A stretch of 64,000 nucleotides of DNA from Eledone cirrhosa (taxonomy: Eukaryota), in contig OZ024742.1 of assembly GCA_964016885.1 (NCBI GenBank), positions 227,478,001 to 227,542,000 on the forward strand, given 5' to 3'. Made by a program: the position numbers and the translations under genes. Shown here one piece after another: positions 41,096 through 53,773 of this stretch (positions are counted from its first letter, which is position 1; each line of letters opens with the position of its first letter). Under the pieces are notes generated by a model that saw only the letters and a list, made by a program, of their open reading frames with translations, ran no database searches and was not told where the DNA came from.

Positions 41096-41967
41096 AATAC
41101 CACCTAGACTGAAGTGTAGAGTCTGCCACTCCTTTTCTCCTTTCCCTTATTTTAACTACTGTTGGGTCCCAAATAATAAGGAGGTGATGTTGAAATTAGC
41201 AGGGAGGGGGGAGGGGTAAGGGATCGATAATTTTTCTAGGTTGTCTCCATTGATTTTTTTTAAAAACCAGAATTAGTCATTTAGTTTACATATTGAGACC
41301 CCAACACATTCTATTTATTTTATAACATATGGCATTTCTAGTAATGTACCTTTTTTGTTATGTATAATGTTTATTTTAATGTCTAAAGAAAATTAATTGT
41401 TGTAGGAATGCTACTGGAGATAGGTTAACAAAATATGATAAGTGGGGGAGTTGGAAACAATCTGAAAAGGGAGGGCGATTATTTGAGATCTGAGAGTAGT
41501 TTCATTTTATTTTGTAGTTGTCATGGTGACAGCAGTATTGAATTTTTTAATTGTGGTAAATATATATCATAATTTTCCTGTGTAGAGTTGTTGTTGCAGT
41601 TCTTGTTGGCAGTGGTGGCCTTGTTGGTTGTTTCTGTAATGATGGTGTTGAAACTGACGTTGTTGTTGTTGCTTCTTGGACATTTGGAAATTGAGTGTCA
41701 GGGTTTGCACATGCAAAATATTTTTGCATTCTTTTTATGAGTGTGGAGGGGAATGTTGCCTCTATTTTTTAACATATAATTTTGTGGGCATAATATGTTT
41801 AAAGTTAGTAATATTTGGGCCTTCATCCCAAATATTAAGAGGTCTTTTCTAAGAGCAATGTATGGCACTCTATTTACAGTTTAACAAGGAACATTATGCA
41901 AACAAGTGAAAAATCAACAAAACTTATGGAGCAAAAGTATACATGATGACTACTTGAGAAACCAATA

Positions 41968-42145
41968 ACAAGGTCAGCAATTTGGATTAAATCGACCTCA
42001 GTACTTACTGGTGCTTTATTTTATCGACCACATAAGGATGTAAGGCTAACCTCGGTAGGATTTGAACTCAGAACGTAAAGGGCCATAACTCTATGCTGCT
42101 AAGTATGTTGTCCGACGCTCTACCGATTCTGCCAATCCACCACCC
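41968..42145 (-). mobile_element. SINE family A, older copy
   Basis: Core and head, diverged. Confidence 0.8.
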
Positions 42146-42801
42146 TTTTGCATGTTTTTATTATTTGTTGTTTTATTTTGGTTGATTTGTTGACCTGGCA
42201 CTGTCACTGTTAGTAACCCACTCCACCCCACCACACCACCTGCACCACCATCAACAACAACGCCACTAGCACTGACATTGTCACTGTTAGTACCTCCTTA
42301 CTACCACTACTATCAATTATTTCTGTGTATGTGTGTATATATATATATATATATATTTCCTTATAAGGAGTTATATATCAGAGCCAGAAGTTTCTCTTGA
42401 AGAAATTTGAGAAGTCTCTGTTGCATAACAGCATTGGTGGAATATTTCTACTTGGAAATATTGAAGAAATGTTACATATAGAAGCAGGAATATTACTACT
42501 TTGAAATATCAAAGAAATATTACATGTAAAGACAGGAATACCACAGTGGGTTTTTACTTAACTCTTAACTTCCAGTACCGTATGAAACAGCATTAGCAAA
42601 ACAAATTTAAATAGTATAAATCAGTACTATGACTACATCACATTCAAAATTAGATTTTACCCTAATTTTCCAAAATTTCACAATGATTTGTTTGCTAATA
42701 AAGATAATATAAGCATTTGAATTAACAGACTCAGTTTTTAGATATTTTCAGCTAAATCATTGCAATTAACTGTTAACGGGAGTGAGGACCATTCTCTATA
42801 T

Positions 42802-43160
42802 CAGCTGTTGCCAACCTTTCGGACCTCACAGGCTACTAAATTTATAATTTTTAATCTTGCGGGCCACTGATATGAATTTTTTTTAAAAAGATAAATACAT
42901 TTATAAAATGATGATCAGAAAACTTTTATTTTATTAAACAATACTAAAGCGTACGTGTGTCATATTGTCGATAGATGATAGATATGTGTACAATTCTTTC
43001 ATGGATGTTAGTTCTTTACTGAAGAGAAACATTTTTTAGGGGTGTTATAAAATATATTTTAAAACATATTATTTTTCTTTTATTATTTATAAAACATAAA
43101 AATTGCAAATAATGTCCTAATCTTTCTGTGGACCACCAAAGTTTTCTCTTGGACCACTGC
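42802..43160. mobile_element. hAT/Charlie-type MITE relic
   Basis: cagctgttgccaaccttt left end; ggaccac repeats near a truncated right end ...accactg. Confidence 0.45.
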
Positions 43161-43165
43161 TCTAT

Positions 43166-43870
43166 ATGAGATTATTGGTGACACTTTAAAATGTCACACA
43201 CACACCGAGAGATTATTGGTGACACATTAAAGTGTCACAACACACCTAGAGATTATTGGTGATACTTTAAAGTGTCTCAACACACCTAGAGATTATTGGT
43301 GACACTTTAAAGTGTCTCAACACACCTAGAGATTATTGGGAACACACTAAAGTTTCATAACACACCTAGAGACTATTGGTGATGAGAAATTATTTTGACC
43401 TTTGCTTGTGTACTTCTAAATTTTATTTTATGCAAAAAGTTTACATTTTGTGTCTTATACTAAATGCACTGACAAGGTAAATGGTGGTTCAGACTTAAAA
43501 CACTTGTAAAATGTTAAAAATAGCTATTACTTACGCTTCTATAATTCAGAGATTATCAAACGCTGGGTCAGAGACCTGCCTTAAAGATTTGGGCAGTTCT
43601 AAATATTCCTTAAATGTTCCTATTGGTGACACACTAAAGTGTTGTAAGATTTCTAGAGATTATTGGTGACAAACTAGTGTTGTAAGATACCTACACATTA
43701 TTGGTGATGAACTAAAGTGTTGTAAGATACCTAGAGATTATTGGTGACAAACCAAAGTGTTGTAAGGCACCAAGAAATTATTGGTGACAAACTAAAGAAA
43801 TTATTGACCAAGAAATTATTGACCCTAAATTTTCATGACACACTTAAAGATTATTAATGATATATGGACA
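43166..43870. repeat. Two blocks of a 40-bp minisatellite with an internal palindrome
   Basis: Consensus gagattattggtgacactttaaagtgtcacaacacaccta; blocks 43166-43385 and 43620-43870. Confidence 0.9.
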
Positions 43871-44230
43871 CAACATGGCTGAAAGGTTAAAAGATTTGCT
43901 TCAGAATCATTAGGTCCTGAGATGAACCCCACTACATGGTATGTTAGACAAGTGTTATTTACCATGACCTCAAGTCAACCTATGTCATGTAAGGGAAATT
44001 GGGTAGATGAAAACTATTTGAAAGCCTGACAGAGAGATTGTACCTGTATTTCAAAGGGCCAGCTTTGTCATACACAGTGTCACACCCAATCTCCCTGAGA
44101 ATTACGTTAAGAGTACACTTATCTGGGGAATGTTCAGCCACTTCCACGAGTTTCATGAACGGGCTGCTCCATTGATTGAATAACTGGAACACGCACCATT
44201 GAAACTGATGGAGGGCCATTCCATTGGTGC
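43865..44230 (+). mobile_element. SINE family B
   Basis: Shared head and body. Confidence 0.75.
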
Positions 44231-44374
44231 AACACAAAGATGTCATGACAGTTTGAAAATCTGTGTGGTAGTGTATTGGTGGCAAAGATTCCCTAGATTC
44301 AAGATTCTGATTATTATTCATTTCCAGATGAAATAAGCTATTTCACTATTTTCATTAGTAAAGTCATATATATA

Positions 44375-45651
44375 TTGGGTTGAGTCATAAATAATTTCTG
44401 TTTTTGTAAAATAATTCATTCAGGAATAATTTAACTATGAATTAATTTCAATCAATAGTATATTCGCCATTATTTTGAATCACCTCTTCCCACTTATCAG
44501 GTAAATTGTTGATTCCTCTCAAGTAAAATTCAGCCTCTTTCGAGCTCAAGAGGTTTTCCACAAATGTTTTCACCTGATCTTCTTGAGAAAAGTTTTTGTT
44601 ATTCAGAGCATTTTGTAGAGAACAGAAAAGATGGAAATCACTTGGTACAAGGTCTGGTGAATATGGTGGATGGGATAGAACAGACTAGACTAAATCCAAT
44701 ATTTTTTTCTGTGTGATTTTTGCTGAATATGGCTTTGCGTTATCATGGAAAAGCATGTTTCTCCTGTTCATGAGTGTGGGACGTTTTCTTAGAAGATTTT
44801 CATGCATACGTTGCAGCTGTTGAGAGTATAAGTCTGCACTGTGTGTCTGATAGTGGTTCAAAAATTCAAAATGAATAATACTACAGTGATCCCACCATAC
44901 ACACAGCATAACTTTTCTTCCATTAAACTCTGCCTTTGGGATAGGCTGCAGAGATTTATCCTTGTCAAACCACTGCCTTTTGCATTGAACATTATCATAA
45001 AAGACCCATTTTTTATCACCTGTAATGATATTTTTGAGAAATTAGTCATTTCTCTGCCTTGAAAGAAGACTTGTTGCTATGGATATGCAATCTTCCTTAT
45101 TCTTCTCACTAAGAGTATGAGGAACCCAAACGCCCTGCTTGCTCACTTTTCCTATTTTTTCCAAGTGGCGGCAGATTGTGGATTGGAATGTGTTGAGATC
45201 AAGCGCTAATTCTTGACTACTTTTGTGCGGATTGCATTCCACCAATTCTCTAAAAGCATCTTGATCGATGTCTGATGAGTGTCATGATCTGGGTTCATCT
45301 CTCAATGACATATCCCCAAAACAAAACTTTGAAAACCAGTTTCGGACGTGGTTGTCAGCAATGACACCATTGCCATAAACACTACAAATTTTCTTAGCTG
45401 ATTCTGTTGCAGTTTTGTTATACTTATACTCCCACAATATTAATGTTGAATATACACTTTCGGTTGCTCCATTTTAGGGGAGTGAAATCATAGATTAAAT
45501 TATGATGAACACTCTTTCATTAATGAAATAATAATGACCAATGAAGACGCTCTCTAATCAGGTAATTTCCGGTTGTGTTTCAAACATTGAAGTTTGAAAT
45601 GTGTAGTTACAACTTTCTTTTAAAAAACAGAAATTATTTGACTCAATCCAA
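44375..45651 (-). mobile_element. Full-length degenerate mariner
   Basis: TIRs ttgggttgagtcataaataatttctgtttt / aaaacagaaattatttgactcaatccaa; WVPHTLSE, LCVWWD, FHDNAKP, HPPYSPDLVPSDFHLF on the minus strand. Confidence 0.92.
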
Positions 45652-45668
45652 AATATATATATGTATAT

Positions 45669-46090
45669 ATAGTAGCAATAAGTAGGGATGAGGTGTCAAA
45701 TTGTCATTAAATTTATTCAGGTGTGACGCGTGTTTCGTGATTGATCAGCTCAAGGATCTATCTCTATCGATCGGGCCTGACTCTGGTATCAAAAGCTCAC
45801 CAGACTGCTGTTTGTTTAATGACAGAATGTTTTGCATACATTCCATCATTAATCAAACAGAACTCTGATGAGCTTTTGATTCAGAGTCGAGCCCAATCGT
45901 TAAAGATCAATCGCGAAATGCGGGTCACACCTGAATAATCTCAATAACAATTTGACACCTTATCCCTACTTATTGTTACTATTACACCCTGCTTAGTACA
46001 ACCAAAAGTACATACTAGAAAAGACATAACTACACACCAAGTGCTCAATTTAGTGAACCAATAGTAACTTGTTGTTATAATACCTAAACT
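45669..46090. mobile_element. Older fold-back insert: ~150-bp diverged arms with hammerhead cores, plus right tail
   Basis: Arms ~45669-45830 / 45837-45982; plus CTGATGA(45865)...GAAA(45915)tgcggGTC|acacc; minus ctggtga...gaaacacgcgtc|acacc. Confidence 0.75.
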
Positions 46091-46239
46091 ATATACATAT
46101 TAAACGGTGATGATGATTATGATGATATCATGCGTTAAACATATACATTTCTTCACATACATATATATTTGCAAAAAGTAAATGGAAAACCACAAAGCAA
46201 ACAATACATTATCAGGAAGATATATATGTTTAACGGATG

Positions 46240-47045
46240 ATACCATCATCATCACAGTTTAATGTCCATTTTCCATGCTAGCATGGGTTAAACAGGTTGT
46301 CTTATTTGAGGTGAGTCAAGGTCAGATGACCATGTCTTGCTCAGACAGAACTGATTTTTGCTTGGTTTCTACAGTTGGATGCCCTTCCTAATGCCAACCA
46401 CATTTACAGGGCTTTTGGTGGGAAGGGTGAGTGTGAGGGGTCGAGTGTTAGGAGGTGGGATATATGTGGGAGGGGGGATGAAGGTGAAGTTGGTGAATAC
46501 CAGCCTGTGCCCATCGGAGGTGTATGGGAGGGGGTGAATACTATATGTATGCTTCAGCCTGTACTCATTGGAAGGTGGGTCTTCTGTACTACTGCATAAT
46601 GCCAGAGATCCCGCTCCTGTGTTATCACCTTTCAGAGGTGCAATTGTACAAAGTCAGCTTTTATCACCTCATCCCAAGTCTTCCTGGATCTTCCTACTCC
46701 CTGGCTTCCATCAACTTTGAGCACTTTGCATTTTTTTATACAGCGGTCATCCTTCATACGCATCACATTTCCATATCACCACTATCTCCACTCATGCACA
46801 TTGCATCTGACTCCTCTTGTGCTCAGTTTCTTTTTCAGTTCATTTACAGTTTGCCATTCATGTATACTACTATTACACATACATCGAAACATGCAAGCTT
46901 CATTTCTTTCCAATCTTCATAAGTCCTCTGCACACAGTGCCCAGGTCTCACTACCATGCAACATTGCTGTTCATATGTACGCATCATACATGCATTGAAC
47001 AGTCTGCATTTCATTTTGAGGGGAAAGCATTTTGTAGCTAGCAGT
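46240..47045 (-). mobile_element. Degenerate RTE 3' end with SINE-like 3'UTR
   Basis: (CAT)n, ttccatgctagcatggg, ggatgcccttcctaa; minus-strand MLHGSETWALCAEDL..LERNEACM. Confidence 0.8.
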
Positions 47046-47357
47046 ATTTATATATTTGCTCTCCCCTTCCTATCACATCTGCAGGCCAACAAACTTCTAG
47101 CCACTGATTTCTGTCCTTTGAGATAAATATTGTTATACTTTGGGACCGTCATTCTGTCAATAAAAAACACACGCACCTGTTGGGTTTAATAACCGGACGG
47201 TTGTTTGGTTTTTGGATGTCAAAATTCTTTCATCACACATTCTGTAACCTTCTCAGTGACTACTTTTGTTGTTACTTGTGTCTCTTCTTTGATCTGTTTT
47301 AAACCATCTTAGTGTGTGTCAGGGTGTTTATGTTTATTTATTTAAACATTTATTTAT

Positions 47358-47428
47358 TTATTTTCTCTTTTTTCTCTTTTTTCTCTTTTTTCTCTTTTTT
47401 CTCTTTTTTCTCTTTTTTCTCTTTTTTC
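47358..47428. repeat. (TTTTTTCTC)n 9-bp tandem repeat
   Basis: Direct inspection. Confidence 0.9.
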
Positions 47429-48399
47429 TACTTGTCACTAGTTGGTTACTTGTTTTATTTGTGTGTGTATGTAAGAGAGAAAAGAGAGAAAATAGATAAA
47501 GGTATAAAAAATTAAACAAATCAATTAAAAAACACACAAACGCATCTAGATGTAACATGTGTGTGTAAATCTCTCTTTCTCTTTCTCTCTCTCTCTCTTT
47601 CTGTGTGTGTGTGTATATATATATATATTCCTTCGAGGTGATGAAGAACCGTGACAAGTGGAGAGATGCTGTGCTGAATAAGACCCATCCCACGCTTGCA
47701 AGCAGGGAAAAGCGGACATAAAATAATGATGATGATGATGATGATGATATATATATATATATCAAAAGTGGAAGTATACAATCAAATCTCAATGAGAGTA
47801 GAGACAGACCTATAGGTTGTAATTGCCAGCCACGGACAGAGGCAATTGTTACTCAATGTTCATCCCATGCAAAACAAGTGTTAAGAGAAGAGTTAAGTTA
47901 GAGCTTGGAAAAAGTTAGTGATGCATTTAGGAAATAAGCAGAGCATGTACATTCATTTATGTGACTATTTATTGAAATAAGTTTATTCCACTCTGACAAA
48001 AGTGTATTTTTTATGGATTTGTCTGTAGTACAACTAGACAAATTTATTTCACAAAACACCAGAAACAATTGTAAGTGATTAAACAGTTTTTAATGAAAGT
48101 TGGTTAATTTTCTTCAAATATTTTTGAGTGGTTAGATAATTGAATTCGCAATTGTGAGGTTGTGAGTTCAATTTCCGGACTGGGCGATGCATTATGTCCT
48201 TGGGCAAGACACTTTATTTCAGATTGCTCCTTCTACCTGGAGTTACGACTGGTAGATAGTATTAGCAATTGGAAAGACAAATGGAAACACTGTTTCCTAG
48301 GTCCAATTTGATGAAAAGTCGATCGACTGTAGATATATATATATACATACATACATATATATATATTTATTCAATTTAAACATCGGTATAGAGTTAGTA

Positions 48400-50950
48400 A
48401 GACATGACAGGTTAGAGGAAGTGTTGAGTACTCTTTACAGTTCGTAATCTAAAAGAGCTAGTGAAATAAGTAATAAAAAAAACAACTAAAAACTAAAATT
48501 TAAAAAAAAATAAAAAGGGAAAAATAACATAAATATATTTCACATATTGACGGCCAATGGGAGGCAGATTATGCAGAAAATAGGAAACAAGGGAAGCTGT
48601 AAAACAGCTAAAAGTTTCTGTTGTTGAATCTTTTTGTTTAGCTTCTATGTACTCAAAGATTTTGTTTATATTTGGTAGACCAATCTTGGTAGTTTTTTAA
48701 AGATTGGTTTCAGCATGACCTCTTTCTCAGGCTGATAGTGTCTACATTGGAACAAATAGTGCCAAAGAGTTTCTGGAGAGTCACTACAAGAACATAGAGG
48801 TGAATCTCTATGACCTGTTCTTGATAGAACGTAGTTCAAATGTAGTCCAGTTTGAAGCCAACATAGTCTTTTTTTTATTTGCATTATTCAATGATCAATA
48901 AGTTTTGAATGTTGTCAAATCTAGTTGAGAAAGTGGGGTATTGAAATTTGTGAGCTTATCTCTGGATTCTTCCCAAAATGTTTCCCACCCATGACTAATT
49001 ATTTGTTTGCTAAATGATTTTACCTGCGAAAGATTTGAGATGTAGTCTTTATCTATTATTTCCCTTCTTATGCTAATTCGTCTGCTTTCTTATTCCCTCT
49101 AATATCAGTATGACCCAGTATCCAAATCACTGTTATTTCTTTATTGTTTTCTTAGAGGTAGTTATCTATTTTTAGCAGAGTGTTTTCAATATCTCTAACC
49201 TGACACCTTTTTCATGACTGAAGCAGTTCTGGGTTCGATAGACTATCAGTAAATAGCAAACCATTCTGCATCAAATATTGTGTAATCCAGATGTTATCTG
49301 AAGTTCATATCTTTATAATTATTTTTGAAAGACCAAGTAGCTCCACATCACACTCCCTTGTCTGAATATGCCCCGGCTGTGTAGCACCCCCAGCTGTTAA
49401 AAGAGATTGACTGTGTGATAGTGTTATGGAGTTCTTTTGTTTCCTCTTTTGTGTTTTTGATCATTATTTTAAACGATTTTAATATGGAGGAATCCAAGTA
49501 TCATGCTGTTTTCTTTTGCATTTAAACTGAGCTGTTAGCAATTTGCATTTCCTGGATTCTTCTATCAACAAGGAAAAATCCTACTTGAGGAAAAATCACT
49601 GTCTTGGAAGTAGATCTGAGATATCCCAGTATAGTTTTGCCAATTTGTGTACGGAATCTATTAATAGCTTGATGATAGCTAGTACTTGTGTATCCCCAAA
49701 ACCAGCTGCCATACAATAATTGAGTGTTGATGACTCCCTTATTATACAGTCTCAAGTGGTAGTATGTTAGGCAGTGGAATTTCTTTGAGATTACTTTAAT
49801 TGTATGCCATGTTGAAGTCATTTTTTTTTCAGTGTGTGTTTGAGATAAGTTTCCAATTTCAAGTCAGATTGTAACCAAATGCCTAGTATCATGATACATT
49901 TTTGTGGTATCAGAAGTGGGTTCATCAAGTATATTTCATCGCATTGATGGGTTCAGGACTATGGAAATGAACCAGATATTTGTGGATTTCAAATTGTTGT
50001 AGTTTTTTTTTACTAGAGTGTCATGAACCATATTGTCATAAGCTCCCTTTATGTCTAGTGAAATCAATCTGGTCAATTTTTTCAAGAGTTTTGAGTTTCT
50101 GATGAATGTGGTCATTTCATGTACACAGTTCTCAGTGTTTTTATTCACTTGAAATCCGAACTGGGATATGGGGAAAATGTTCATTGTCTCTCCTAAGTAA
50201 GATAAGATAATCTATTGCCTAAATTTTTTTCTAGCAGCACTTTAGAAAGATGGCTTGGTAAAGTGGTAGTTATCCTTATTTAGTTTTGGTATTGGTATGA
50301 GTAAATCTCCATATATCTGAATGATGTTGGAATTTAATCATACTATTAAATAAGTTTAGCACTATTTCATGTATAACACTCCAAGTTTCATTGATGCATA
50401 AATTGGAAATACCATCAGAGCCTGTGGCCGTTCCATTTTCAATTTATCCTGGACTTCTAGTAGTTCTTGTTCAATAATGGGTGGGAAATGTACATTTGGA
50501 GTGAGAGGATCAGAAACTTTGTAATAGGTAGTGGATTCTGTAAATGAAGTGTTGCCAAAAAATGATTCTGCAAATAGCGAAGAAAGCTTGGAAATGTCTG
50601 AGATTACCTCACCATTGTGGTCATGTATCAATAGTTCTTGGTTCATTTTGTGGGGGTATGGGTTTGATCATTGTGTTGTATGTGTTCCATATATCACCTA
50701 TGGACTCCAGGTTAGCTTTGCTAGACCAGAAGTAATTTTTGCCTTGTTTTTATTTGCCTTTTACACTTTTGCTTTAGTCCTTCATATTTTTCGTAATTGG
50801 AATCTGTAAAATGGTATTTCCATTTTTTTAATGACTGAGTCATTCCCCTTCTTAGTTGTTTTAGCTCTTCACTCCACAAGCCTTATTGTAGTTGTTATCC
50901 TTATTGCTGTTTTCACACAAATGAAACAGCTCTAGTCCTGTAGATGTCAT
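48400..50950 (-). mobile_element. Degenerate I/R1-group LINE (RT, RNase H, CCHC knuckle)
   Basis: QFGFQVNKNTE..ISLDIKGAYDN; ILGIWLQSDL; LLFTDS; WILGHTDIRG; LQTG.HLN..CSCS..ETLWHYLFQC. Confidence 0.8.
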
Positions 50951-51073
50951 TTATATATAAAATAAATATGCTTCCTCTCTACAAACGTATTGAGTACCTT
51001 ATTTAACTGTTTTTTTAATCCCTTTTGGAAAACCAATTATGTATGTATTTGTGTGTATGTATTTATCTATCCA

Positions 51074-51111
<38 letters not shown>

Positions 51112-51141
51112 CTCACACATATACACACACACACACATATG

Positions 51142-51185
<44 letters not shown>

Positions 51186-51606
51186 TGAGACAAAGACAGA
51201 GACATATATATGTGTGTGTGCATGTGTCTATCTATATATATAATATATATATATATACACACTGATACACACACACACACACACACATGTTTCAATGAAT
51301 ATATTAGAGTCGTGTAATTGCTAATAGCTAAACGAACTACCGACAGTATGATGTCACGTGGAATAAGAGGAAATATTAAAAGAAAGAAAGAAAAAAAGAA
51401 AGCAAGACAGTGAAAGGTTGACTAATTAACAAAGAACCATCGTTAGCTGAACATGGAAAGTAAAAAGTGACTATTTATAGATATTTCTGAGGTTCAAAGA
51501 CTGAATGTTAAGAGTTGTTAACATTTACACTGTGGTGTGGTTATTGTTACTGGTGGACATTAGGTTCAGTTGGTGCTATACGTGTGTGTGAGTATATATA
51601 TATATA

Positions 51607-52502
51607 CGAGGTGTGTCGGAAAAGTTCCAGGACTGATGTCACAAAAGATTTATTTCAAACCCAAACTTCACACTAAGAGTTTTCTCCTTCAAAGTAATCC
51701 CCTGGAGTCTAATGCACTTTTCCATCCTTTTCTGCCACACTTGCATGCACTCCTGGAAGGATTCTTCCGGGATCCTCTGCAGTTCCGTCATCATGGCCTT
51801 TTTGATGTCATCCACGTCTTCAAAATGGGGCCCCTCCGGGTCGTACTCGAAGATCCATGACTCATCACCAGTGATGACTGTCCCTAACAAGTCTGGTTCG
51901 GTTTCAAGACGTTCGAGGATGTCCTGGTACACTTGCATGCGTCGACCCTTCTGGTCATCATTCAGCAGTTTTAGCACCATCTTCGCGCAGACTTTCCGCA
52001 TGTCCAAATCTTCAGTGAGAATCTTCCAGACGCTGTCCCGATTCATGCCCAGCTCATTTACCATCAGTCGAACAGTCAGCCGATGATCGCTACGCACCAT
52101 CTGCCTGATGCGCTCAACGTTGACCTCAGTCCTGGTTGTTGAGGGCCTTCCGCTCCTGGTGTCATCTTCTACATCCTCGCATCCTTCTTTAATCCTCTTA
52201 CATCAATTCAAAAACACGTGAGCATGACATCATCTCATCTCCATACACTTGCTGCAGCAATCCCAGTGCTTCTGACGGAGTTTTCAAGTTTGTTTGTTGC
52301 TCTGTGCTCATTGCTTGACGACCTGAAACTGAGGACATGTATATAAAATTATGAAGAAAAAAGTTTGATCGCTACAGAGAGCTAAGATTAAAGTTACATA
52401 CTCCAGGGGGATTACTTTGAAGGAGAAAACTCTTAGTGCGAAGTTTGGGTTTGAAATAAATCTTTTGTGACAACAGTCCTGGAACTTTTCTGACACACCT
52501 CG
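51607..52502 (-). mobile_element. Internally deleted mariner with ~100-bp terminal inverted repeats
   Basis: TA|cgaggtgtgtcggaaaagttcc...ggaacttttctgacacacctcg|TA; ORF RLTVR...ITGDESWIFEYDPE fused directly to GPHFEDVDDIK. Confidence 0.92.
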
Positions 52503-52507
52503 TATAG

Positions 52508-52867
52508 ATGGTGGATGTGTGCTACACGAGAATGCTGAGGATGGCTCTGAATATTAATCAGTATACACTGAGAATGAAAAACTCAGAACTGTATTGGAGC
52601 CTCCCAAAAGTCAGCTCAAAAGTGACACAGAGGAGGCTGAGGTTAGCTGGACATGCACACCGACATCCAGAGTTGACATTGCACTCAGTGCTCCTGTGGG
52701 AGCCCCTGCATGGACACACTGGAAGAGGAAGACCAAGGTTAACGTATGTTGATGCCCTAAGGACAGTCACAGGTCTGTTGGAGATGCAGGACATGGCAGC
52801 GATAATGAGGGACAGAGACCGTGGGAGAGAACTCGTCCATGGATCTCGGGAATTTTACCCACCCTAG
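52508..52867 (+). mobile_element. RTE-clade LINE 3' end (second family)
   Basis: YTRMLRMALNI..NSELY..RRLRLAGH..RH..VLLWEP..GRGRP..DRD. Confidence 0.85.
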
Positions 52868-52869
52868 AT

Positions 52870-53734
52870 ATATATATATATAAAGTTGTATTCCTGTCTG
52901 TTTGTTTGTTCACAAACTACTCCTATGGTTTTGAAGATAGACCCCCCCCCCCCATAACCATATATATTCTGAAACTACATTGCCCAGGGTACTTGGATAA
53001 GTATATTTCATTTTAATCAAAGGGTTCTCTGGGGGCTCAAACTACCGCTGAACATCCCCACTGAAAATGTTTTCCCTTCGATTTATATGAAATTTAAACC
53101 ATAGGTAAATGACAAGATATGATGCCTATTCACAAAAGTTTTGAATTGATGTTTTGAAAAAAATTATTTACAAGAAACAAAATAAGATTTAATAATGTAA
53201 TTTTGATTTGATATATTACAAAAAATAATGTTTTCCAACTTTTCATACATTACATTTTACATTGAGTAATATTGAAATGCAGAGTTTTTCTCCATAAATT
53301 ATATCACTGATTTAAAATCAATCATTTTCTTCCAAAACAAATGTGTGAAATGCAGCAAGGTGCGGGTAATTCGGCTAGTATATATATAAAGTTGTAGTTT
53401 CTGTCTGTTTGTTTGTTTATTCACAAACTCCTCCTATGGTTTTGGAGATAGTCCCCATAATTATATATATTCTGAAACTACATTGCCCAAGATAAGTATA
53501 TTTCATTTTAATCAAAGGGTTCCCTGAGGCCACAAACCTCCGCTGAAAGTTTTTTCTCTTCAATTTATATGAAATTTAAACCATAGGTAAATGACAAGGT
53601 ATGATGCCTATTCACAAAATTTCACCAAATTTCAATAATATTAAGACACTCTAATGGGAGTTAAACCCCTATAGTGAAAATTTTGTTACAAAAAAAATGT
53701 GTGAAACGCAGCAAGGCGCGGGTAATTCAACTAG
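52870..53734 (+). mobile_element. Two tandem non-autonomous Helitrons (52870-53378, 53379-53734)
   Basis: Each begins tatatataaagttgta..tgtctgtttgtttg and ends cgc.gcaaggcgcgggtaattc..CTAG|t. Confidence 0.75.
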
Positions 53735-53741
53735 TATATAT

Positions 53742-53771
<30 letters not shown>

Positions 53772-53773
<2 letters not shown>

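Noticed and set aside
43528-43600. Minus-strand exon candidate with a gtaagt donor
   Set aside because: Stops in all frames, and the sequence resembles a repeat at ~10220-10290
43166-43870. CRISPR-like palindromic repeats
   Set aside because: No unique spacers, no cas genes, eukaryotic context
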